DNA from: Eledone cirrhosa
Lineage: Eukaryota
Assembly (NCBI GenBank): GCA_964016885.1
Contig: OZ024742.1
Span: forward strand, 52,638,001 to 52,702,000
Length of the DNA stretch: 64,000 nt
Reading direction: 5' to 3'
Under the pieces are notes generated by a model. That model had not been told where the DNA came from and did no database searches. It saw only the letters and a list, made by a program, of their open reading frames with translations. The number at the start of each line of letters is the position of its first letter. The stretch's first letter is position 1. The translations under genes were made by a program, and so were the position numbers. Shown here piece after piece: positions 41,701-53,427 of this stretch.

Positions 41701-44210
41701 GAAGAAATCAGGCCGCCCTGCTCCTGTCGGGGCATAGACGGCCACTAACCTGAAAGCTTGCCCGTCTCCGCTGGTCACGTCCAGCACCACCAACTTACCT
41801 TCTGGGTCCAGGAAGATGGCCCGTATGGCAAGATCCAAACCTCTCCGAAAAAGCACAGCAACTCCACCCCCCGACTCCGGACGGCTGGGAGATGCGTACA
41901 CATCGTAGCTACCGAATATCGGTGCGAAGGTCCGTGCTTCGGAGATTCTGGTCTCGCTGATGGCCACTACATCTATGTTTAGTGACCTGAGGTAGTTGAG
42001 CAGGTGGCCCTGCTTCCATAACGACCCCAAGCCACGCGCATTTATGCTGCCTATTCTGAGTGAGGTCATGTTGAAAAGGAGTGGAAGGATGGGTTCTCCA
42101 TCCTTTTCACTGCTTGTGGCCTCCTCCGGAAGGATGTCCTTATAAATCCTCCTGGAGAGTGCTTGTCGGAAGTCTCCGATGTCTGTGGGCAGTTTTTGTT
42201 TCAGTGTCGTGGACGTTTTCTGTGTGATGCGAGTGATTTGTATGTGTGGAGGTGGTGTGAACTTTTGGGTTGTTGTGTAGTCTTTTTCTGTGATGCTGGT
42301 GTTCTATTGGATGTATTGTAATAATTGTTTGTTGTTCAAATTTAATGCTGTGTAGAGTGTATCGTTTTGGTTGTTTTGTTTTGTTTGTGTTTGTTGTGGG
42401 TTTGTTTCTGTTTCGCTTTTTGGTCACTTTGTGGTGTAGGTGATGGTGGTGTTGGGGTTAATGCTGGTGATGGAGTTGGTGTTTGGGGTGATGGGGCTGG
42501 TGATGCTGGTGTGGATGGTGGCATATCTGTCCTAACATTTTTGTTTGATAGTTTATTTGTTTCCCTCTGTATTTTGTTTTTGGAGGGGGAAGGAAGTGGA
42601 TTTTTTCTTTTTTGGTTTCTTTTTTTCTTTTTTTCTTTTTTCCTGATACCGTTTCCCACTCCTCGTCGTCACAATCTGTCTCCAGTTGTGATAGGCCGGG
42701 GATGGAAAATCCTCCACAGACGTTATTTTTCGTTGTGGCGTGGTGGATGGTGTAGGCGCTGGTACTAGTTCTGGCGCGTTGGGTGGTGGTGGTTTTGGTT
42801 TTGCTACTGTTGCTGGGGTTGTTGCTGTTACAGTTGCTTCTGTTGTTGCTGCTACAGTTGTTGCTGCCATCTCTGCTGCTGGTGGTGTTGATGGTTGAAT
42901 CACTGGGCTGGGTAGGAGAGGTGGCCTCAAGCTTTAGCGTGAGGGCAGAAAGCCCTTAGGTGGGTTCCTTCACCACAAACAACACACCTAGGCCTTCTGC
43001 CCTCGACAATTACGGTGAGGTGGCTGCCGTCAGGGAGGTCTATTACCTCTGGGATCTCCTCAATGCTTTTTTGGTCCGCTTGGATCAGGAGCTCCATCCC
43101 AGATCCGGACTAGTTCTCCTGCTTTTCTTTCGCTATTTCGATTATCTTGGTGTTGGCTTCGATGCCGGCGAGAACGGCAGCTATTAGCCAGGGAATTTCG
43201 ATGGCCGGTGGAACGTGGGTGACCCTGATCTTTACGAGTCTCTGGCCACAATAGCTTGGGACGAGTGTGAAGTCGTCACTTCTTAATGGGGCCATGGAGT
43301 GTTCTCTAGCCTCCTGTGGTGTTTCAAAGAACGCGTCCACGGTTCCATACTTCTGCCCACGTCTGATGTGGAGTTGTTTTGCCCGCACATGTCCAAAAGC
43401 TTTTTGGATTTGGGACTCGGATGCCCGTTCCACTCTGCGCGATTTTATATTAATTGTTCGATAAGACACGGTGCATAGGCGCCGATGCTCCATTGTATTA
43501 GGTGGGGGGGGGCTGACCCTGTACCCATCTTTCTTTACCATTTTTTTGGTTACTTCTAATTCCTCCTGAGTTACCTGAAATGCTTCGCACTGTTTTGCTA
43601 CTCTGGCAAAACTCAGGCTGGTTTTCTTAATGTCATTGTTGCTGTTGTTGTTATCGTTATTTTTGTTATTATTAATTTTAGTTTCAGTTGTGGTGGTGGT
43701 GGCGTCAGTGGTGTCGGTGTGGAAGAGTTCATTTTGGTTGAATTCATTTCGATATCACGAGTTAATTTATTTTTTTCTTTTGTTTCTGTTGTCGCTGTGG
43801 TGGTGGTGGGGGGGTGGCGGCTTTAACACCTGCAGTTATTGGTAATGGCGGCAAATGAATGTCTGCCTGAGACAAATTTAAAATATTGCTACTGCTTATA
43901 TTTTTAGTGTTGGCAAACATAGTAATATTTAGAATGGTGGTGTCGGTGTGAGGTGTTAGTTTGTGAGGAAGGCTCTCAGCTGCTTGGTGCAGCTGTGAGT
44001 CGGCCATGATTTTTCAAAGAAATTTTTTGAAAATTATAAAAGTTTAAATTTTGGGCACAAAATCTTTTTGACTGTCCTTTTCAGAAAACAATGTATGTGA
44101 ACTTATATACAGTTAACAATAAAGATTTTCCATAAATGGCAATTTTAAACAACTGAAAATAACAAGCCTTTGCGGAGCTCACGATAATACGATTTACTAC
44201 GTAGGTCGCC
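38731..44210 (-). mobile_element. L1/Tx1-clade LINE copy A, full length, inactivated
   Basis: ORF1 from 44007 with CCHC knuckle; ORF2 42069-38978 APE-RT-CCHC (SINARG, SET, GDWN, TDH, YWKLN, QGCPLS, YADD, C..C...ET..H...C); ~325-bp deletion at ~41147 relative to copy C; (TAA)n on both sides. Confidence 0.92.
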
Positions 44211-44304
<94 letters not shown>

Positions 44305-44310
44305 AATAAA
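44211..44310. repeat. (TAA)n tract
   Basis: Direct reading. Confidence 0.97.
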
Positions 44311-44313
44311 AAA

Positions 44314-47300
44314 AAGTCAGACATTCAAACATTACATTACAATGAAACTTATGCTTATTCTTTTTTGGGGGGTTATTTACCTATTTGTTTTTACCTATTT
44401 GTTTGTTTGTTTATTTATGTTCGTCTACAGCGTGATAGTGCCACACTAAAATCACCGGGGTGATGAAATCACCGGAGGTCATGAAATCACCGGTGGTTAT
44501 GTAACCATACATTCACCAATCCTCGATAAGAGTGTTTCAATGTCGAACCTAAACAATTCGAATAACGGTGAAGTGGAGACTGGAATGTCATGTGACAGAC
44601 TCTCACCCAGCAGGTGCTCCCTGGCTCAGCAGCAGGGACCTGGCTGTCAACTAAATACTGCTGGTGTCGGAGGAAGAAGAAGAAGGAAAGGGACCAGAAC
44701 CAACTGGACGAAAGAATTGAATAGAACTGTTATGCAATGTTACCTGAAGAGTAACCCCAAGGAAAAAGGCTATAGGAAACGGATGCATAACATTTGGAAC
44801 GATATTGGTCTATTTAAATTAGATGAACAAAAATTGGCCGGGCAGGCTCGGGTAATAAGAACTAATGGGTGGATAAGCGAGCTGGAACTGGAGGAACTAA
44901 GCAGAGAGATTAGGTTGGAAATGGAGAGTGGAGTATGCCAGGCAAACGAGCCAGTGGGAAATGAAGGTGAAGAGGTTGAGAGAACGGAGGAACCATCCGA
45001 AGCAGACAATGATCTGAATGCTGAAATAAATAATACCTGGAACAAAGATACGGCCATTGAGGAGATGAGTGGTGACGGGCTAGGAAAAGATTTAGTTGAT
45101 TGCTAAACTTAGTGGTAGATGAATTGAACAATGATAGTGGGAAACCTATGAACCTAAGATTTGTAGACAGGAAAAAGTTAAAAGAAACAACAGCTAAGGT
45201 AAACAAAGTCATCCCATGTCTTGAGGCGAGGAGCCTTCACCAGTGCAACAATATCCTCAAAGCAACAGCAAATGCAGTGAGGAAATTACTTGGCATAAAA
45301 GCGCGAGGAAACAACGAACAAGAAAGATCAGAACCTTGTTGGAAGAAACGACTGAATGGTCAAATCAGGGAAATGAGAAATGACATTGGAAGTCTTGAGT
45401 CCCTACTGAATGGGACACTGAAAAACATAGACACTAAAAATAGACTGGAAATAAAGTACAAAACTAGAAGGAAAAAGCTAAATATTATCATAGAGGAACT
45501 GAAGCAACGCATTGTAGCAAAGAGTGCAAAAAGTAGGCGATACGAGAGCAGAGTCAGTCAGTATAGACAGAACCGCATGTTTGACAACAACCAGAAGATG
45601 TTGTTTTGACAGCTTGAAGGGAAAGAAAGAGGCAACGACTTGATCCCTGAGGCGGAACAAACTAAGACATTCTGGAGAGGAATATAGGAGCAGGGTGTTA
45701 AACATAATGACCAGGCAGTGTGGATTGAGACAGTACAAAAGGAGATTAGTGAACAGGCACACCAACAAACTGATTTGAGTATCACAGTTGAAACTCTTAA
45801 GGGGCAGGCCAAAAACCTAACCAACTGGAAATCACCAGGCCCAGATGGTGTGCAGGGGTATTGGATTAAAAATATAACATCCCTCCACCCGAAACTGACA
45901 ACCATGTTCAATGACTGCTTGATGTCAGGTGAGGTACCAGAGTGGTTGACAAAAGGTACCACAGTTCTGGTAATGAAAGACCGAATCAAGGGTAATGATG
46001 TTACCAACTATAGACCTATCACATGTCTGTCCGTAATGTAGAAACTGTTGACAAGCATTATGTCTGAGGAAATCTACCATCACCTCCACACAAACAACTT
46101 GTTACCGGACGAACAGAAAGGATGCCGAAAGAAGTCCCGTGGTACAAAGGACCAGTTACTTATTGATAAGATGGTAATGAGGAGTTGCAAGAGGAGACAC
46201 ACTGGTCTTGCCATGGGATGGATAGACTACAAAAAGGCATTTGACATGGTGCCTCATTCTTGGATCACCAAAAGCCTAGAGATCTTCAAGGTGGCAGATA
46301 ACATCAGACAGTTGTTGGGCAAAAGTATGAAGTCCTGGAAAACAGAGTTAACATCAGCTGGGGAATCCTTGGGAGGCGTGAGGATCAAGAGAGGTATCTT
46401 CCAGGGAGATAGTCTGTCTCCTCTGACCATTATACTGCGAAAAGTGAGAGCAGGATACACGTTGGGGAAGGGAGAGCTTACCATCAATCACCTCCTCTTC
46501 ATGGACGATCGTAAGCTCTTCGGGAAGAGTGAGAAGGAGTTGGATATGCTTGTTGACACTGTCCGTATTTTCAGCAATGATATATGTATGCAATTTGGTA
46601 TTAGTAAGTGTGGAGTCCTTGTGATGAAGAGGGGTAAATTGAGCAGAAGCAACGGAATCCACGTACCAACAGGTGAGATGATAAAGGAAATTGACACTGA
46701 AGAGTGATACAAGTATTTGGGTGTTCTGGAGGCTGATGACATCAAGAGGTCTTATCAGCATAGAGGACTGTGTTCAGATGGAGAAAAACAACCAACACAA
46801 ATACGTGACTAATAGTAAGGAGCCAATGCTCAGAATTGTACTGAAGGAGAGGACAATAGACCAGGGGATGTCCAAGGAGGAAATAACAACAAGGAGAAAG
46901 AGCAACCTTCATGAAAAATCCCTTCATAGTACCTTCTTTGAGAAAACGGAATTCAGAGATCCACAGACATAGAACTGGTTGAAAAGAGGAGACCTTAAAA
47001 AGGCTACAAAAGGAATGTTAATGGCTGCGCAAGAGCAGGCCCTCAAAACGAAGTGGTTGAAACACCATATTTACAAGGAGGAGGCTAGCCCACTGTGCAG
47101 GATCTGTGGAGAGAGAGAGGAGACTGTTGCTCACATTGTATCCGAGTGGAACACCTAGCCCAGACTTACAATAAAGGCTGGAGACATGATGTGATGGGCA
47201 GGGTGATCCACTGGCACCTATGCAAAAGTAAACAATTTACCACATTCTGAGAAGTCGTATGAGCATAACCCAGAGTCGGTGATAGAAAACGATCAGGTGA

Positions 47301-47716
47301 AGGTGCTGTGGGATTTTAGGATACAGACAGACAAGAAACTGGAACACAATAGACCTGACCTGGTGGTTTTGGACAAGGAAAAAAGATCGTGCCTGATTGT
47401 GGATGTGGACTGCCCATTCGACACGAGAGTGAAAGAGAAGGAGAGGGAGAAAATTAACCGACACCAGGACTTAAAGTGGGAGGTAAAAAGGATTTGGAAC
47501 TGCCATGAAGTCAAAGTGGTCCCGATTGTCATAGGCGCACTAGGGACTATCTCAAAAAGTTTCCAGGGATGGTTAAAGAAAATTGGAACACTTCAAAAGG
47601 CATGCTTGCTGGGAACAGCAAGAACCCTCCGATAAGTCCTGAATATCTGAGGCTGCAGGTAGTGGCTTGATATTCATTTCAACAAACTTTCCAGTTAACT
47701 AACATCAATGACTGAG
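44314..47716 (+). mobile_element. R4/Dong-like RLE non-LTR retrotransposon copy A, full length, inactivated
   Basis: Single broken ORF 44540-47650: [40 protein letters not shown]...ETVAH, RPDLVV, PIVIGALG; ~258-bp deletion at ~46747; (AAT)n tail. Confidence 0.92.
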
Positions 47717-47743
47717 AATAATAATAATAATAATAATAATAAT

Positions 47744-50700
47744 GATTTCTTTATTGGCCACAAGGGCTGACATCAAGAAAAACCTTACAGACGGCACAGG
47801 ACGGTACAGGACGGTACGATGTGGGTTTTGTGTGTGTAAAGATTTTTATTATTTATATAACAAAAGACATAGGACATAAAAAAATATATATGTATATAAA
47901 CAATAAAAATGAAAATTGAAACAATGAAAAATTCCCCAATAGGGGGGAAACCTCCGAGGGTTACTCGCGGCGAAAACCACACAAAAGACCACGGCCACCC
48001 TGACCACCAGGGCAAGCGCCCTCTCTCAATTTTTCCATCTCTCAAACTACAGACATATATTGAGAGTTCACTCGGACCATTCTCGCTACATTCACCCACC
48101 TTTCAATAAACTTGCTAGAAGGCAGCACTTGCCTCTCCACCCTGATTTTCCTCTTCAAGTGAAACTTGAAAAAGTTAATTAGGGATTCGCCGAAGAGGAA
48201 AGTGTCTGTCCTTAATCCTTTTAACCTTGTCCACCACACAATCTCTTTCGCCTTGGCGACCAGTAAGATGAAAACCGCCTGCCCTTCCTCCTCGAAGGAA
48301 GACGGCGAGACCATCTGCACAATGGACTCAGTCGACAACCGGATCAGTCCCACACGCGACAGCAACTGTTCGACATAGCTCCCCAGCCAGCAATGCTCGG
48401 GCACTGAACGAGTGCGTGCACGACGGTTTCGTCGCTCTGCGCGCATCTCGGACTGGCTCGGCTGACGGCACTTCCGTGCCTGTAGAGCTTATCTCGAAAC
48501 GGCAGCGCTCCCCGGTAGCACTCTCAGGCCAGGGATTTTTTGAAGTTATCCATAGGCCCTGGGCTGAAAGTTCTCAGGAAGAGAGCAAACAGCTGATCTT
48601 CTTCAACGCCCAGGATCTCTCCGAGAATGTCGTCGCTCTTCCCCTCCACTAGGCCTCTATAGAACGCCGAGGTGGATGTTTCACCGATACTGGTGCCCAG
48701 CTGGCAGAGGGCAGTGAGCGCCTGGAGACATTCCAGTTTCCAAGCGCTATCCCTCGGTCTTTTTCTGACCCAGGACTGCAGCTCCGTCAAGGAGACGAGC
48801 TGTGGGAAAACGTGCCTGGCGAACGGCGACCATACCTGTTCACCATCAAGGTAGCACCAGAGATGTCGCAGCCTCGGCGCATGTTTGAGCATCATCAGCC
48901 ATGGCATGCCCAGTCCTCCATGCAACGGGTGTTGACAGCAGATGGATCGTCTGACCATGGAGCGCGTCCCTTCCACAAATAGCGGAAGAGGAGGCGCTCC
49001 ATTTTGGTGAGAGTTGGGCTGGAGCAAGGGACCACGGTGAGGCGGTAGCAGATGACGGATGCGATGTACGCATTCGCCACCTCCACCCGGCCTTTCAGGG
49101 ACAGCTTCCTCTCAGCCCTTTTCTGGGTGAGGGAGGCCACCCTGCTCGTCACCTCGTTCCAGTTTTTATCCATCTGGAGGTCCTGTCCGAACCAGACCCC
49201 GAGCAATTTAATCGGTCCGTCCGTCCAACGCCCCACGACGCTGTCGGACGGCATGGACTTGCCTCTCCAGGTGCCGATCTGCAAGCCCACCGACTTTTCC
49301 TGGTTTATCTTTCCTACTGTCACCGCTTCGTATTCCTTGAGAGCGGTGCCGAGCATCTGGATGTGCCTGGTGCTCGAGTCCACCACGGTGACGTCGTCAG
49401 CGTAAGCCGACTCGGATTTCCCGCATCCTAGTGCGCGTGGGACGCCCCTCATCGCCCCCAGTTTTTGCAGAAACGGCTCGAAAGCCAATACGTACAAGAG
49501 GGACGAGAGGGGACAACCCTGGCGGACTGAACGCATGATGCTGAACGGCTGCTACAGGTGACCGTTCACCCTCACAACTGAGCAGATGTCGCTGTACATT
49601 GCTGTGATCCAACCCCTAAAAATGGGCCCGAAACCGGCTGCCTCGAGGACCGCTGCCAGGTACCGATGGTCGACCCTATCGAATGCTTTGGATTGATCCA
49701 ATTTGATCAGGGCGCCACCCTTGCCAGGTTCCTTAACCACCCTCTCTATGATGTATCGCATGAGGTGGAGGTTGTCGTGTATGGATCTGTCCGGAATGGC
49801 GCATGTCTGCGCCTCTCCCACCAGACCCTTGACGACAAGCGCCAACCTCGTTGCTAAGACCTTGGCCAAAATATTGAACTCTGCGTTTAGCAGGGTTATG
49901 GGCCTGAAATTATCGATAACATCCCCTTTGTTCGGGTCTTTTCTCAGCAGCACCACTGCTCCCCGGCTCACAAAACTGGGAATGCTCCCGTTCTACTGCC
50001 AGTTGCAGTAGACGTCTGCCAAGAGGTCACCGAACAAGTCTGGCATAAATGCATAAAGCTCGTAGGGCAGACCATCCAAACCTGGCGATTTACCCCTTGT
50101 GCAGTTAGCCATCGCTTCCCGTATTTCACCGGCTGTTATTGGCTTTTCGCAACACTGTGCTGCGATCGTCGAGAGCCGAGGCACTCCGTCGAGGTATGCA
50201 CTGAAGTCCACCATGCCCCTATCCGGGCCGGCGCCGCTCACGAACAGTTCAGCAAAGTGCTGCTGAAATGCTTCACACATCCCCTCGGGTTCGAGCATCA
50301 CGCACCCGTTTTGGTCATCAAAGGCCGAATTGTGGCTTTGTTGCCACGTCGCGCCTCTTCCACCCGGGCCCATTGGACGGCTTTTGTCTCCTCGTGTTTC
50401 AGAGCACGCGCTCTAGCTCTGACACGGCTTTTGTCCCCTCGTGTTTTGCGTTGAAGAATTGGTCGAGTGCCAATCTCGCCGCAATCACGTCGGTTGAGAT
50501 GCCTGTCCTAAACGCCTCTTCTAGCTTTCTGACTAGCTCTCCCTCTACTCTATTTTCCTCTATCACTAATCCTTTGCTAAACCTAATCGACTCTACTTTA
50601 ATTGCCCTTTTCAGGGCGAATCACTACCTGCTGTTGACGATCGCTTCCGTCATAGCCCGCTTAACTAATACGCTAATCCGGTCTCTGTAGGCTTTGCGCG

Positions 50701-53426
50701 CCGGGAAAGACGCGTTCAGCTTCCAGTAACCAGGCCCTTGTCTATTAAGTCTGTCTATGTCGATCTCACAGATCACAAATTTATGGTCTGTGTAGTCGAC
50801 TATTTTAAATTGTGGACAACTTATACTAGCCTTATCTAGTTCTCTGCAGAATACCCTATCGAGATACGATCTGGATGAGCCGATGCGGTTTGTCTATGTC
50901 CACATTGGCACATTCGGGTGATCCAGTCGATACCTGTCAGACAATTCAAAACGTCTGAGCAGGTTGGTGAAGCTCTTGCACCCTCCTGCCCTATCCACTA
51001 GCCCCACACGATCCCAGCGTGCATCCAAGATACCGTTCCAGTCGCCCACTAACACTAAAGAGCTGGACGTTCCAAGAAAGGTCTCTAGACGTCTGAAGAA
51101 ATCTGGCCGTCATGCCCTGTCGGGGCGTAGACGGCTATTAGCCTGAAAGCATTGCCTTCGCTGCCGGTCACGCCCAGCATCACCGACTTACTTTCTGGGT
51201 CTAGGAAGGTGGCCCGTATCGCGAGATCCAAGCCTCTCCGAAAAAGGACGGCATCCCCTCCCCCCAATCCTGGACGTCTGGGAGATGCGTATACATCGTA
51301 GCCGCCGAAGATCGGTGCGAAGGCTTGTGCTTCGGAGATTCTGGTTCCACTGATGGCCACCACATCTATGTTTAGTGAGCTGAGGTCGTTGAGCAGGTGA
51401 CCCTGCTTCCAAGATGACCCCAGGCCACGTGCATTTATACTGCTTATTCTGAGTACGGCCATGTTGGATGAGAAAGTAGTGAAGGGACAGTAGAACCGTC
51501 CCTTTCGCTGGTCATGGGTGTTTCCAAGAGGATGTTAGTGTATATCCTCTTGGTAACCGACCCTCTGAAGACTCCAACTGCGTTGGGGAATTTTTGTTTT
51601 AAAGGTTTGTACTGTTCTATTGAGATTTCGATGATGCTTATGTTTGTCGGGAGAGTTCTTGGTGTTGGTGGGGTGTAGTAGTTTTTTTCTGTGATGTCTG
51701 TGTGCTGCTTTTATATTGTATGAGTTCTTTTTTTGCCATGTTTATGGCTGTGTAATTTTGGGGGGGAGGGGGGGGGGGGGGGGGGGTTACTGTTTTCTTC
51801 TTGTTGCTGTTTGGTGTGTGTGTCTTGTTGTGTTTGCGTTGTTGGTGTTTTTGGTGATGCTGGTGGTGGTGTGGTTGTTGTTGTCAGTGGTGCTTGTGGT
51901 GGTGATGGTGGTGGTGTTGCTGCAAGTTTCCTTGCTGCCTATTTTTTCTACTTGCAACATGGTCGCCGTGTTCTCGATTCCAGCAAGGACAGACGCGGCC
52001 AGCCAAGGTATGGGCACGTCGAGTGGGACCTGGGTCACTTTGACTATCACAATTTTCTGCCCACAGTAGGAGGGCACCAAGACTATCTCCTCACTCTTTA
52101 GGGTTTCCAAAGAGTGAGACTTTGCTTCCTGGGGGGGGGGTGGCGAAAAGTACGTCTACTGTGGCGTACTTTCTGCCTCGGGTGATGTGGGTTTTGCGTG
52201 CCCAGACGCACCCCAAGGCCTTTTGGATTTGAGCCTCCGTGGTTCTCTCCACTCGATGTGAGATTTTGCTTACGGTGCTGTAGGTCACCGTCCGTAGCTG
52301 CTGGTCCTTGAAAAAATCGGGTGGAGGTTTCAGGGAAACTCTATTTGCGCTTCTTGTCACCATGGCCCTTGCGACTGCCATCTCCTCCTCTGTGACTAAC
52401 ACTGTCTCGATATTTCGGACGACACCTGCAAAAGAAGTGGTCCCTTTTTCAGCAGCACCACTATTTCTGCCGCTACTGGTCTTACTGGTGGTGCTGCGAT
52501 CGCTATTACAGGTATCGGTGTCATTGTTGTTGTTTTCGTTGTGACAGTTGTTGGTGTTGTTGTTTTCGTTGATACTGTTGCTGTTGTTGCTGTTATTGTG
52601 GCTGTTGTTATTATTGTTGTTTTTGTTGATACTGTTCCTACTATTATTGTTGTTGTGGCTGTTGTTATTGTCATTGTTATTGTCGTTCTCGACCTTACCG
52701 CTGTTATTTTTGTTATTGTCGTTCTCGACCTTACCGCTGTTATTTTTGTTATTGTCGTTCTCGACTTTACCGCTGTTATTTTTGTTGTTGCTGTTGTTAT
52801 TGATGGTGTTGCTGTTGCTGTTGTTATTGATGGTGTTGTTGTTGGTGTTGTTGTTGATGGTGTTGTTGTTGGTTTTGTTGTTGGTGTTATTGTTGGTGTT
52901 GTTTGTGTTAGATATATTTGTTAATTTTAAATCTGTAACAATCTTCTTTTCCTTTGTAATATTTTCGTTTATATTTACCTCCGCTGGAACGCTGTCTTGT
53001 TGACATGCTGATAAATTCTCCCTCTCTCTGTGTTGTCTGACAGCGCTCTCTCTCTTTCTTGTGTTATCCATGTTGAAATTTTTCAAAAGAATATTTTTAC
53101 ACAAATACGATTACGACACCCCGTAAAGGGGTGTCAAAAACACTACCTCCTGCTAAGAACTACTAGCACATCACCACCACCACCACTACCTCATTATCGC
53201 TACCGCCGCTATTCTCTCACACTACCTCCTGCTAAGACAGGCATCATAGTATTCCCACTAAATGAGGAAGGCATCAAAAGATATAAATAGACCGATTTGA
53301 TGACCCGGTCAAAAAAATCAAAAAATCAAAAATCAAAATCAAAACAGCACAGCAGCAACGAGAAAGGTAAAGAAAAGAAGAAAGAAAAAAGAAAAGAAAA
53401 ACAAACAGACAGACAAGCAGAAAAAC
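47744..53426 (-). mobile_element. L1/Tx1-clade LINE copy B (diverged sister family), inactivated
   Basis: ORF1 from 53104 (Asn-rich, 36-nt repeats), ORF2 51462-48042 homologous to copies A/C; different UTRs; 3' end in (TAA)n; 5' boundary approximate. Confidence 0.88.
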
Positions 53427-53427
53427 T

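Noticed and set aside
44590-44665. HDV-like ribozyme at the R4 5' end
   Set aside because: No P1.1/P4/catalytic C arrangement; the insert between putative P2 and P1 is too long
52541-53003. Plus-strand poly-Leu/poly-Val membrane-like ORFs
   Set aside because: Antisense shadows of the AAC-rich Tx1 ORF1
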